Of a stretch of 64,000 nt of DNA, positions 12,020-24,720 are shown piece by piece. The position numbers and the translations under genes are program-made. How positions within the stretch are numbered: position 1 is the first letter of the stretch; each line of letters starts with the position of its first letter. Under the pieces are notes generated by a model. It was not told the DNA's origin, searched no databases, and saw nothing but the letters and a program-made list of their open reading frames with translations. The stretch comes from Octopus bimaculoides (taxonomy: Eukaryota): contig NC_068981.1 of NCBI RefSeq assembly GCF_001194135.2, positions 85,115,780 through 85,179,779 of the forward strand, in the 5' to 3' direction.

Positions 12020-13435
12020 TTTTTTTTTTTGCTATAAGCCCAAAAGGATGAAACCGCGACGGAATTTGAACATATAACGTAAATATAGACGAAATACCGC
12101 TAAGTAATTTGTCCGACATGCCAATGATTTTATCAGATGTAATAGTAGTAACAGAAGTCCCTGTTTACTGGGTAATGATTATCTCTATAAAACATTGTAT
12201 ATAAATATTCTGTCCAGACCGAAATATACGGATACAGATATCCGGGTGCAACAACGAACTTTTTCACACATTGATAGTGTAACCAGGTTGCGTCACTTGA
12301 AGAAATAAACAAGAGACACAATACTTCTTTGCCTACCCTAATCCGACACTTGATAGAAAATAAAACTCAATACAACATTTCTTGAACCATGGTACGGACA
12401 GCAAGCCCGTATGATGGGAACTATAATTTATGTAATCTTTGTTGAGAAGAGATATGTAATTTGCTATCTAAAGAATGACTTATTAATAAACACTCTGAAC
12501 TTATTACGAGATGCCGCCTTAAGATTGGAAAAACTTTCAAGAAATATAAAACAAAATATTTATTAGAGAGTTACTGATTATTCCTACTACTAACTGAAGT
12601 TCATTTTGTGAAGACTTTTACACGAACTAATATATTCTAAAATACATAGCTCATGCGATTAGGAGGTATTTACCTGGAACAATACGGACTTTTAAGTTTT
12701 AGTATCTTTAATCAAAATGTCCGGCGGGGTATCAGTATGCCTACATAAATTTATCTATAACAAAATATCCTTTGTGTTTGTAAAATTGACTGAGTCATTT
12801 GAGATGAATGTAAGAATAGAGAATTCTTTAAGTTTTCATCAGTGTTTATAACAACACATATATTATCATTAAGTCTACGCATTCAGAAATTAATTTGCCT
12901 ATTTTTTTTTTAAATCTCAGTAAGGAGAACATGCTATATAAAGTATCAATAACGTTTGCGTGTATATGTCTGCGTGTAAGCATATGTGTGCGGGTGACCG
13001 CTGAATTCTGTAGCAACTGACGTCTGACTCCTGTAATGCCACTGACCTGGTTGATTATAATCATAAGGAAGACAACTAGACTACAGTGCAATAAAACTAC
13101 AGTGTACGTCTACAATTCCTGATTTAAATGGCTGATAGAATAAAATACACCTCAACTGCGTGCAGAACGTCATTCACGAAAATTGATTTAAAGTTTTGGG
13201 GTTTGTTTTGAAATTGTAATGGGCCTATAACTTATGATATAGACTAAAATACAAAAACATTTAGGTCATATGTTAGTTTTTTTCAGATTCTGTATTTCTT
13301 CTATTTTTATTCTATACATCCTTCTTAGTGGCCGCTTCATTGAAACCAGTGGTTTGTTTGTGTTGAATCGGTTGAAATATGCCCATGCAACCATATAAAT
13401 TCGTCCAACTCAATAGGGGTATAAATTATTGATAA

Positions 13436-16296
13436 CGCTGGTCAACAAAAAAAAAAAAAATAATGAAATAGTGTCGAGACACCAAACATCTTTTGTAGCT
13501 AATTTGAGGGCACTGAATCTAAAAATTACCTTACTTTTTCTTGGTTAGTTACCGTTTTTGCTGTACAGAAATGCCTCNNNNNNNNNNNNNNNNNNNNNNN
13601 NNNNNNNNNNNNNNNNNNNNNNNNNNNNNNNNNNNNNNNNNNNNNNNNNNNNNNNNNNNNNNNNNNNNNNNNNNNNNNNNNNNNNNNNNNNNNNNNNNNN
13701 NNNNNNNNGCTTATTGAGAAATACTATTTTTGCAATAACAATCAGACCCTAAGTCTTTAAAAATAACACGATTGAATATACCAAGACCTACAAGTATTTT
13801 CATCAAATCATTAAATAAACTAACAGCAGAAATAAAACCTTCGTGAACATAAGAACTATGGTAAAAATTTTCTCTTTCTTGCTTGTCTGTCATGTTCAAT
13901 GTTATTTAAGTCCCTTTTGATACACCAGCAGTAGTCAGCCATCATTCGTTTGTCTCACCGTCCCTGGTAGCGCTCTTCCATTGTTTTGATATCCTGATGG
14001 AATCGTTCTCCTTGCACATCAACCACATCGCCGCAATTATCCGAAATTTATCTAGATGGCTATGTTGAAAATGAACCTTAATACTCATATTAGCACCTAT
14101 GTCCTGTAGACTTTTCAACAGCTTTTCCACTAACTCCTGCCTAAGAAGTTTTTCACCACGTCAACAAACGATGTCCAAGTGCATAATTTCAAGTCATTCA
14201 TTGAATTAACAAATTCATCATCCTTAATGAGTTTCCATCATCCTTAATCAGGACCATCAAACACTCCTGCTTTGAGTTTTTCGGTGCTAAGTCTTGGAAA
14301 CGATTTACATATATACTCAAAACATTTACTTTCTTTGTCGAGTGATTTTACATATTGTTTCATTAATCCCAATTTGATACGCAAGAAAAGGAAGAGGTCT
14401 TTTTCTTCTTTCGGAACTAGCGCTGCATTAATAACGTTCTTTTTCCTGACCTTCAACTCTCGGGGTGGCAAATCTTTCCTTTTCCCGTGCTTCTCTTTTG
14501 CTCTACTGCCCCACACATACAAAAAACATGGGAATTTTGTGTAACCACTTTGTTGACCAAGCAGGAAATTTACCATTTTCAAATCGACACATAACACCCA
14601 TTTATGTTTGGTGTAATCAATCTGTTCCATAACCTGTTTGATGGCATCATGTTTTTCTTTCAGTGTTGTTGAATGACCTATAGGTATTGGCGCATACATG
14701 TTGGTATTATGGAGCAAAACACATTTCAAACTACGTTTTGAACTATCAATGAGCAATCTCCATTCATCAGGATCGTATTTGTGGACGCCTAGTGGAAGAA
14801 GAACGCTCTCAGCGTCATTGCAATGAACAAGATCTGTGTTCTCATTAAAGAATGATACAAATTCGGCATCCCTGTTTCGATAGAATGTTACCTTTGTGAC
14901 TTTTGCTAACAGGTGTTTTTCGTTGAGCCTAGACGCCAATAGTTCTGCTGATTCTTTGCTTAGATTTAAGTCTCGAACCAAATCATTCAGCTCATTTTGG
15001 TTAAACGGCTCTGGCACGGTTTCGGGAACAAAGTCAGGATTATTTTCGCTGTGTCTCTCATTTACATCAGTATCAGACTCGTCACTTTCAACAAGTTTCA
15101 ACAAATTTTCGTGAAAAACTGGGATTGGCAAATCATGTGAATGCGGCACTGGTCGAATAGCGGAATGACGACTGGGATTAGTCGATAGATCTACGTTTCT
15201 TTTGGTTCAGTCCGGCAGCACTGAGCTGAAGTAACATTCGTCAGTGTGGTTCTTTGGCGCATGCCAGATCATAGGAATAGCGAATCTCAGCGATTTTCGG
15301 GTACCTGAAGTTTACTGTCTTATGTGCTCCAAATATGTCTTGCAAACAATGTGAGGGGCCCATGATTTGTCCTAATCACCAAGCTCGACGTGAAAGTAAG
15401 CACGATAGGCTTTCTTGTAAAAGTCAGATATCGGTTTCCTATTGGCTTTCGATGTGAACTCGCCGCATGTATAGCAAGATAAGTTTGGATCATCTTTGCA
15501 TCCTGTCGTTGACGTCATGTCATTTGATATCTATCTCTATGATTAAAAAAGAACATGAGTTCGTTGAGCATTTACATTACACTTTGTGTGTTCACATTTA
15601 GGTAATTTGATCTTTCCTAATGTCCTACGGAAAGACTCGTAGAACTGTCAATAACAAAAAACGGAAAGAGTTGTTACACTGATTCTACTTTGTATCTTCG
15701 TAATCCCGCGTAAAGGGCAGATATTATAGTGAAACCATTTTCATGATGTTCATCATGTACAATGGAATAAATGCATTCAGTTGGGATGTCTTTACTTGGA
15801 GTTTTTCCAACTGTGACAACAAAAGCTTTTTATGTGCTTGGTTTCCTTCCGTATTGAAGGGATAAAAGTGATGGGATAAATTTATGAATATCAAACAGAT
15901 TTTAGGGTTTCATTTTTTTTATGTCACCTTAATTATCAGGTTTACTAATAATATCGGGTTTACTGATAAAGTTTATCAGTTAATTTAATTCTGACAATAA
16001 ATTAGAAAAATGTTTTAAGTTTTGAATCAAAAATACTTTTTTTCTTATAAAAATAGTTTATTTCAGGTGGCTGATATAAATTGCTCGGCCTACCTGAAAT
16101 TCATGGGTTTCTACTACCTTTTTTTAAACTAAATTTTGCGATCGTAAATTGATCTTTTTTCCAAAAATGAGCAATTTCAATACAGCAAAAACGGTAGCTA
16201 ACCATGAAAAACTAAGGTCATTTTCAGAATCAACACCATCAAATTAGCTAAAGATCGTGTTTTGTTTCTTGGCACCAAAGATCGTGTTGACCAGTG
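13436..16296 (-). mobile_element. Chapaev3 (CMC superfamily) DNA transposon, near full length
   Basis: Imperfect ~130-bp TIRs beginning C(A/G)CTGGTCAACA; 3-bp TSD TAA at 13433-13435 and 16297-16299 (TWA is typical of Chapaev3); internal transposase pseudogene. Confidence 0.8.
13856..15518 (-). pseudogene. Chapaev3-type transposase pseudogene
   Basis: MTSTTGCKDDPNLSCYTCG..VCKT..PMIW..KNHTDECYF (Cys/His N-terminus); WRLLIDSSKRSLK, CVDLK, GYTKFPCF, KVHFQHSHL, QGERFHQDIK, MMADYCW; several stops and frameshifts. Confidence 0.85.
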
Positions 16297-16619
16297 TAAT
16301 TCAACTATCTACAGCAAGTGAATTTTATATATAATTTAGATGAGATGATTTCGAACCCTTAGGAATAAATTATTACGAATATTATTGCATTATATAATAA
16401 TATTCATGAGATAGAAATTCAATGAAACAATTGTAAATAAATGTTATAAAAAACTTGCTCGCTCCATTCTCCATGTTTGTGATTGTAAAATCTCAGCGAA
16501 TTCTTATGGATTTAAAGGCATGCATTTGATAAAACAATCTCCGAATTACTGTTTGCCTGAAAGCTTACCCGGGGATGGGCTTAATAAGGTGAACTCCAGA
16601 GTTAACAATAAAATCATTA

Positions 16620-16680
16620 TTACGCATGGATGGATGGATGGATGGATGGATGGATGGATGGATGGATGGATGGATGGATA
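16620..16680. repeat. (GGAT)n microsatellite
   Basis: Direct inspection. Confidence 0.9.
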
Positions 16681-17336
16681 CGGGAGTGAGAAGGCTAAAC
16701 AGCGATGTGTATAAATACAAACTTCTTACCGGTTCAAATAGACTTGAGGCATATTCGAACCTGTATGAAAACCAATAACTATATTTTGTCATAGAGAAAA
16801 TTTCTTGCCGTAAACAAATAGGCGTAAAAACACCAAGTCAGATCACAGTGCTCCCTAACCAGACAGCAGGGTGTATGCATTTCGGAGCGGAAATCTTCTC
16901 TTTAGCAACAAAGACCGGATTGTCAAACGCTGCGAACTGACACGAGAGAGGGATCTTTCTTGTGATATTCCCGTCATCATTCAATGACCGGTCGTGCTAT
17001 GAAGCAGCTTGCCGTAAATTAAAAAGAAAAGAAAAACGCGGTGACAGCGCTAAGCAGTGATGTGTATAAATGCAAACTTGTTACCAGTTTAAATATGCTT
17101 GAAGCATATTTGAGATAATCCGAAATGCATGCTTCCAACAATCTGGCTAAGGAGCACTGTGAACTGATTGGATGTGTCTACGCCAATATGTTTACAGCGA
17201 GAAATTTTCTCCATTACAAATCACAGTGAATGGCTTTCCTACGGGTTCGAATATGCTTCAAGCACATTTGAACTCGTAACAAGTTTGTATTTATGCACAT
17301 CACTGCTTAGCGCTGTCACCCGTATTTTATTTACGG
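16678..17336. repeat. Foldback/MITE-like inverted-repeat structure with an extra internal arm
   Basis: 16678-16890 is inverted to 17115-17336; 17012-17110 is a third copy of the outer arm. Confidence 0.7.
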
Positions 17337-18796
17337 CTAGCCGCAGAATAGTGTGACCAATCAAGGGCAATGAGTGGCGTGGCAATAAATTCATGATGTG
17401 TGGAAAAAGATGATCTTCTGCATTTAGTTCCATATCTTCAGCTTTTGCGACCAAATCCACACATTGACCGTCATCGTTCATAGATTCACAAAGTAAATTT
17501 GCTCATCGACTCTATTCCACCCATAAAGATTGTGGTCACGTGTTTTATTGCCATTATTGTTGAAGAACTTAGAATAGTCACATATTTACTGTGGTGGATC
17601 TTAAATGTAGCGAACACTCCCACCCGACTCACACATAAAAAAGAACCAACGATTTATTTCCTTCAAAGCATAATTTATTATCATTTTTTTAAAAAACACA
17701 TTAAGCTGCTCAAATATTTTCACCGAGATTAAATTTCGCTGTATTTCCCCTGACATTTTGTTTTCTCATAAGTCTTTACCTTTTCGACACGCCCTGAAAA
17801 TGAGTTTAAAATACACCGCATTATTTAAAAGATTTGTTCTTATCATTAAAAAAGTTAATCGACTTTAAGTTTCGATTTATTTCTATAATCGTCTATCAGT
17901 ACCTCTTTTAATGTATTTGGTATCTTCTAATGTTTTCGATTAGTTCATCCTTCGGTCAATATGTTGCTAACACATGTTCTGTGAACCGTGTAGTCGTGCT
18001 ACGCACCACACCAAGGCAGCTTCTCAACTGTTGAGAGACTAAATTGGTAAACTTAAATTAAGTACTTACCATGACATTATTAGTGGCCTCTAAGTAGGAA
18101 TCTCAGTCCTCACAGTATTCAGGATATAGTATTCTATATAATGTTGTTATACTTGGGGATGGTCATATTTCGCCAATTAAGTACACGCACTATATATTTG
18201 GTTTTCACTTCAGCTTTATTATGGTTGTTTTAGTTTCTTGGTCGAAGCTCTTTCGTCACACAACCCGTGACTTCTTCCATGACTCTCTATCCCACGTCTT
18301 TCCTCTGGAAAAGCAGAACAATATAAAGAGAGTGTGTGTGTGTGACGGAGAGAGAAATAGAGAGAAAAAGAGAGAGAGGGAGAAAGAGAGTGAGAGATGG
18401 AGAGTGGGCTCATTTATTGCATTGTCATAGCTTCACTTTAACTTTCTCAATGCTTCAAGGACGCCCTTCCTCACCCTCCTAAAAAATTTTACATTCTGGC
18501 GTGTCCAGTTAAAGCTTCTAATTTTATCATCCGTAAGTTGTCAAGGCGATCCACAACAGATGGTCCAAAGAAACATAAAGTCATCCACACAGGGACGTTG
18601 TAATATTTGTGTGTTGTAATCATTAGCGTGTCAGACGACAAGATGGTCATTGACATTTCTTCCGACTCTTTACGTTCTATGTTCAATTACCGACGAGTTC
18701 GGCTTTGTCGTACATCCTTCTCGGCATGTACTGATATCAGTGGAATTGACTAACATTTTACTCCAGAAAATACTTAGACCAAAATTATTATTATCA

Positions 18797-18825
18797 TGAT
18801 TATTATTATTATTATTATTATTATA

Positions 18826-18860
<35 letters not shown>

Positions 18861-18884
18861 TACTACTACTACTACTACTACTAT

Positions 18885-18946
<62 letters not shown>

Positions 18947-18983
18947 TTATTATTATTATTATTACTATTATTATTATTATTTT
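18797..18983. repeat. Compound (ATT)n(ACT)n(ATT)n microsatellite
   Basis: Direct inspection. Confidence 0.95.
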
Positions 18984-19039
18984 GCCTTAGCACAGCTTCT
19001 AACGCTGTGCAAGCTTCTGTGCACAGTTTCCACCATTAT

Positions 19040-19158
19040 TGGTCGGCTTTGCCATTAATCCTTTCGGGGTCCATAAAAACACCAGTTAAAAACTGGAGTC
19101 GATATAATCGACTTGAACCCTCACACGGAATTGCTGACCTTGTGCCAAAATTTGAAAT
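19040..19158 (+). mobile_element. Nin/Deu-like SINE (family 1), 3' half
   Basis: GGCTTTGCC..ATCCTTTCGGGGTC..CTGGAGTCGATATAATCGACT..CCTTGTGCCAAAATTTGAAA. Confidence 0.75.
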
Positions 19159-19293
19159 TGTTATTATGAGTATAGGCTGAAAGGTTCATAGACTGACTGT
19201 GAAGAAGTGATGCTTGAACTGTGGAATCTTGCATGCATATGTGTGCTGTTTGAGTGTGTGTGTCTGTGTGTGTCTGTGTGTGTATATGTGCGC

Positions 19294-19332
<39 letters not shown>

Positions 19333-20250
19333 TGTGTGTGTGTGTGTGTGTGTNNNNNNNNNNNNNNNNNNNNNNNNNNNNNNNNNNNNNNNNNNNNNNN
19401 NNNNNNNNNNNNNNNNNNNNNNNNNNNNNNNNNNNNNNNNNNNNNNNNNNNNNNNNNNNNNNNNNNNNNNNNNNNNNNNNNNNNNNNNNNNNNNNNNNNN
19501 NNNNNNNNNNNNNNNNNNNNNNNNNNNNNNNNNNNNNNNNNNNNNNNNNNNNNNNNNNNNNNNNNNNNNNNNNNNNNNNNNNNNNNNNNNNNNNNNNNNN
19601 NNNNNNNNNNNNNNNNNNNNNNNNNNNNNNNNNNNNNNNNNNNNNNNNNNNNNNNNNNNNNNNNNNNNNNNNNNNNNNNNNNNNNNNNNNNNNNNNNNNN
19701 NNNNNNNNNNNNNNNNNNNNNNNNNNNNNNNNNNNNNNNNNNNNNNNNNNNNNNNNNNNNNNNNNNNNNNNNNNNNNNNNNNNNNNNNNNNNNNNNNNNN
19801 NNNNNNNNNNNNNNNNNNNNNNNNNNNNNNNNNNNNNNNNNNNNNNNNNNNNNNNNNNNNNNNNNNNNNNNNNNNNNNNNNNNNNNNNNNNNNNNNNNNN
19901 NNNNNNNNNNNNNNNNNNNNNNNNNNNNNNNNNNNNNNNNNNNNNNNNNNNNNNNNNNNNNNNNNNNNNNNNNNNNNNNNNNNNNNNNNNNNNNNNNNNN
20001 NNNNNNNNNNNNNNNNNNNNNNNNNNNNNNNNNNNNNNNNNNNNNNNNNNNNNNNNNNNNNNNNNNNNNNNNNNNNNNNNNNNNNNNNNNNNNNNNNNNN
20101 NNNNNNNNNNNNNNNNNNNNNNNNNNNNNNNNNNNNNNNNNNNNNNNNNNNNNNNNNNNNNNNNNNNNNNNNNNNNNNNNNNNNNNNNNNNNNNNNNNNN
20201 NNNNNNNNNNNNNNNNNNNNNNNNNNNNNNNNNNNNNNNNNNNNNNNNNN

Positions 20251-20448
20251 GAAGTGCTGAGCGGTATTTCGTCTGTCGTTACGTTCTGAGTTCAAATTCC
20301 GCCGAGGTCGACTTTGCTTTTCATCCTTCCGGGGTCGATAAATTAAGTACCAGTTACGCACTGGGGTCGATGTAATCGACTTAATCCCTTTGTCTGTCCT
20401 TGTTTGTCCCCTCTATGTTTAGCCCCTTGTGGGCAATAAAGAAATAAG
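20251..20448 (+). mobile_element. Nin/Deu-like SINE carrying a Tx1-type LINE 3' tail
   Basis: GCTTTTCATCCTTCCGGGGTCGATAAATTAAGTACCAG core; tail TGTCCCCTCTATGTTTAGCCCCTTGTGGGCAATAAAG matches 48551-48585 (reverse complement) at 34/35 nt. Confidence 0.9.
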
Positions 20449-20652
20449 AATCGTTAGCAGACCGGACATAGTATCAGAGGAATGTTAGCACACCGGACAT
20501 ATGTTTAGCGGCATTTCGTCCGACTTTACGCACTGGGGTCGAATTTACCTTCCATCCTTTGGGGGTCGATAAAATAATTATCAGTTGAGGACTGAGATCG
20601 ATGTAATCGAAGTACCCCACCACCCGCGAAATTACTAGCCTTGTGCCAAAGG
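20449..20652 (+). mobile_element. Second family-1 SINE starting inside its A-box (AATCGTTAGCA)
   Basis: AATCGTTAGCA..TTAGCGGCATTTCGTC..CCATCCTTTGGGGGTCGATAAAA..CCTTGTGCCAAA. Confidence 0.75.
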
Positions 20653-20747
20653 TTTAAATTAATTGCTCTTATACTTTATCATAACAATGATTATAGAAAT
20701 AATACATTTCTAAATCTCTCAGAGAGATTTCTGCAGTAACAGCACGA

Positions 20748-21250
20748 TAAAGTGATAGTATGTTGTCAACTTAATGTGACAGTCTCATGAAAGGAAAGAA
20801 TGCTACTGTTATTTAGCCCTTGGAAACACCGCTTCCTGTTGGACTTGACACATTTCCTGTGTCCTTATGTTTTCAAAGTGAGACAAGAACCTCCACCCAG
20901 CAAAGTCAGCATCCAGGGACTAGTTTCAGAGTCATTGCTCTGTCGATGCCTATCCGCCTTTGAAAACATATATATTTCAAGTGAAATACATTCACTGATT
21001 TTTGAAAATAGAAATAATACATTTCTAAATCTCGACAGCTAGCAAGCCATGCTACTCCAGACTGATGATGAGCAATGACTCTGGATGCTGGCTTTGCTGG
21101 GTGGAGGTGCTTGTCTTCACTTTGAAAACATAAGGACACAGGAAATGTGTCAAGTCCAACAGGAAACGGTATTTCCTAGGGCTAAATAACAGTAACATTC
21201 TCCCCTTTCATGGGACTGTCACATTAAGTTGACAACATACTATCACTTTA
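20748..21250. mobile_element. Long-TIR MITE (possibly Kolobok-like)
   Basis: Arms 20748-20940 and 21070-21250 are inverted repeats starting TAAAGTGATAGTATG, with a ~130-bp spacer; right flank TTAA, left flank ATAA. Confidence 0.7.
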
Positions 21251-21267
21251 ACAATGATTATCTATTA

Positions 21268-21497
21268 CTTGTTTCACTCATTAGACTGCGGCCATATTGG
21301 ACACTACCTTGAAGAATTTTTATTTGAATAAATCGGCTCCAGCACCTTTTTTTTCCTAAGCTTGGTACTTATTATACTGCTCTCTCTTGCAGAACCGCTA
21401 AGTTACGGGGGCGTAAGCATACCAACATCGGTTGCCAAACAGTAGCAGGGACAAGTACAGCTACAGAGACACACACACAAATAGTTAGTTAGTTAGT

Positions 21498-21565
<68 letters not shown>

Positions 21566-21727
21566 CGACGGGCTTCTTTCAGTTTCTGTCTATCAGTTCC
21601 ACTCACAAAGCTTTATCAACCCGAGACTATATAGTAGAAGACATTTGCCCAAGGTGTCATGTAGTGGCACTGAACGCGGAACCATGTGGTTGGGAAACAA
21701 GCTCTTTACCATACAGCCACGCCTGCG
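21268..21727 (-). mobile_element. CORE-type SINE (family 2) with internal (TAGT)/(TAGA)n
   Basis: GACTGCGGCCAT tail, AGTAGAAGACATTTGCCCAAGGTG core, TACAGCCACGCCTGCGCC head. Confidence 0.9.
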
Positions 21728-21814
21728 CCGGCACCTCACACATGAAATGTCGTATTTGAAAGGTAACAATAAAAGGTAACAATAAAATGTTTCAGAAGTA
21801 TTAGAGAACTGATT

Positions 21815-22760
21815 TATTTAATCAAAGTATGATCCATGTTCATTTATGGTGTTTACCTAACGTTTCTCTAAGTCATATGTGGTCTCTTTAAAAAAAAATC
21901 ATCTTTTGCTATGATGAACTGTCAGAATACTTCAATTACTTCTCTATTTAAGAATGTTTTATTGCGTATTATAAGCACAAAATGCTTAAATAAGTGATGG
22001 AGGATGTTGCAAGATATCATAATTCAGACTTTGCAACTTTGGGACCGTAGCTTGAGAAGTGTGAGAACGTGCATTGTCGTGGAACAAAATCGGACCGTTT
22101 TTATTCACTAGTCTGGGTTGCTTCTTTTTCAAATTGTCATGCATACAATCAAGTTCCTGGTAATACGATGTTACTGTTACCGTTTTCCCTTGTGCAAAAA
22201 TGTATAATGAATAACCCTCCTCACAGACCACCATACAGTGACCACTAAATTTTTAAGGTGCAATGGTGGTTTTGAATAGTGTTTAGGTGAGTCTCCTGCA
22301 TCTAATCACTGTCCTGTTCTCCTGCAGTTATCAAAGGATATCCGTTTTTCACCACAGGCAAAAATGGTTCTTTTTCCTGTCGAGAAAGCAATAAGGAGCC
22401 TTTTTTTTTAAATCTCGTTCAGTTGATGTAGACCAAACCTATCCTTTTTCTTGTCTTTTCCAATCTTTTCAGGTGTCGAGAAACAGTTGTGCGAGGTGTT
22501 TGGAGTTCTGATGAAAGTTTTCGGACTGTTGTTCTCGGATTTTGTTCAACTAAATCATTTGATCCATCATGCCGAGTAACTGATTTTAGCCTCCCCCTTG
22601 GTTCATTTTCAAGGCTATCATCTCCTGAATGAGATCTTTGGAACCATCTCTGAACAGTTCTGATGTCAACAAACCTATTACCAAAGGCCCGCTTGATATT
22701 CCGTAGAGCTTCTGCGACAGAGTTACCCAGTTTGTACTCATACAAGAAAATCACTTAACA
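21815..22760 (-). pseudogene. Mariner transposase pseudogene, internally deleted
   Basis: FLYEYKLGNSVAEALRNIKRAFG..RTVQRWF..LENEPRGR (HTH); ACGEKRISFDN; GPILFHDNARSHT..ILQHPP; C-terminal NGSYFD*. Confidence 0.85.
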
Positions 22761-23361
22761 TTGTTTGGTTGTTATCATTTAACATCGGTGATAGTCTCCA
22801 TACGACTGTAACTTTCTCACTAGTTTCCAAACAACAAAGCCGTTTCCAGGAGTTCAACCTATATGTAATTTCCCCAGGCAGGCTAAAAGTTAAATTTGTA
22901 TTATTGTATAATTTGTATTCCTTTCCCTATTCAAAGAATTCCAGTATTTTGAGGTAAAAATTCTAAAAATCAGATAATTGTAAAATTGTACCTTATTATT
23001 ATACAACTGCGATGTTGATAAAATTGGCATTTTGTGTTCTAATACATTTATTAATCATATAAACGAAACTTGGGATGTTCACATCAGTATACTAGTTTAT
23101 ATTGATTTTTGTATCACCCAAATAAACAACAGTTGATATAGTTTAGTAAGGTCTCTGAAAGTTCTGCATTAATTTTTTGCTTAAAATAATATCAATTCTT
23201 TTGCACTGTATCATGGAGAAATGTCTTTCTTTGTAGAAGTTCGGAAAAAAAACTACACTGCCTATCTGAACACTTTCTTGATGATTTAAAATTCAGATTC
23301 TTCCAGAATGAACAATGATTTTTCATCCATCAAGCTTGGATGGAATATCAGATATATCATT

Positions 23362-23832
23362 GATGTAATAAGAATTTTTAACACTAACGTAAAAGCGGTG
23401 TTATTGTATGGGGCTGAGACATGGCGAACGACAGTTAAGTCAAATAAGCAAATACAATCATTCATCAACAGGTGCTTGCGTAGTATACTTAAAATCAGAT
23501 GGCCCGAACACATAAGCAATATGGAGCTATGGCAAAGAACGAATCAAGTTTCAATTAGGGAGCAAATATTTAAGAAAAAGTGGAAGTGGATTGGTAGCAC
23601 AATTAGAAAAGACACACCAAATGTAGCGAAAAGTGCTTTACAGTGGAATCCGGATGGATATAGAAAGAGGGGTAGGCCTAAGAACTCGTGGCGTAGATCA
23701 ACACAAAAGGAACTACAGAAAGGGGGACATTCATAGCAGAGTATAAGTACAAAAGCGAAAAATTATGCGACATGGAATTCAATTATAAGTGGCCTATACT
23801 CCGCGTTGGAGGGTTAAAGGCAAGAAAGAAGA
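23362..23832 (+). mobile_element. RTE-clade LINE 3' fragment
   Basis: RIFNTNVKAVLLYGAETW..INRCLRSILKIRWPEHISN.ELW..KWKWIG..ALQWNPDGYRKRGRPKNSWRR, then an (AAG)-rich tail. Confidence 0.9.
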
Positions 23833-24602
23833 ACAGAACTCGACCTAGAGTCTAATGAAAATGAATCAATGCAAATTGATAAATTCTGCTTTCAAACATT
23901 GATTCATCCTGTTGAAGAGGTTTTATTAGGCATTTCTCTTCTTTCTCTTTTTATTGAATTGATCAATTATTAACTTAACATTCCACATATTTCTACGATC
24001 ACAAAATGGTCTTGAAGTCTGCAACGGATGTTAAATTTGATTTGTATATTGAATGTATAACAAGTAGCCATGAATTATAGTTTTAGGGAAAGGGAAGAGC
24101 AGCTTCCTAATAGCACCGCCCACCAAATCCAAACTTGCACACCAAGCTGTTGCCAGCCATTCTCTGCAACGTTGATTTCATTGGTTTTAGTTACAATAAT
24201 AATTTTGATCATATCTATTTGATTATCAGTTATGCGTGACGCGGACAGCGACCATAACAACGTCAACTATGGCGGCGACATTAGGAATAATGATAATGGG
24301 AGGCGGTAATGATGGTAATCAAGTTGTCGGTGACGGTTGAAATAATGGTGTTGTTCTATTATATTTGATGTTGCTTTCGTTGTTAGTTTTGCTCTAGTCA
24401 GTTCTCAGTAAACAGATCTTTGATCAAAGCTGTGACCATCCTGTGTTCGACCATATTATTTTTAATGTTTTTTTTCTTATTTATAATAGTAGAACTGATA
24501 TTTGAGGAAGACTTCGCTGTTACTTTTTAGCAAGACAAGTGACCACGTAGAGGATCTATTCTCAGTGACATAGAAACAGTTATATATCTGCAGTTTTTAC
24601 CG

Positions 24603-24603
<1 letters not shown>

Positions 24604-24633
<30 letters not shown>

Positions 24634-24720
24634 CGGCGACAATGGTGGTGGTGGTGGTATTTGTGGTGGTGGTGGTGGTGGCTTCGGTGGTGGTGGTGAT
24701 GATGATCGTGGTTTTAATGA
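24604..24720. repeat. (GAT)n/(GGT)n compound trinucleotide repeat
   Basis: Direct inspection. Confidence 0.9.
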
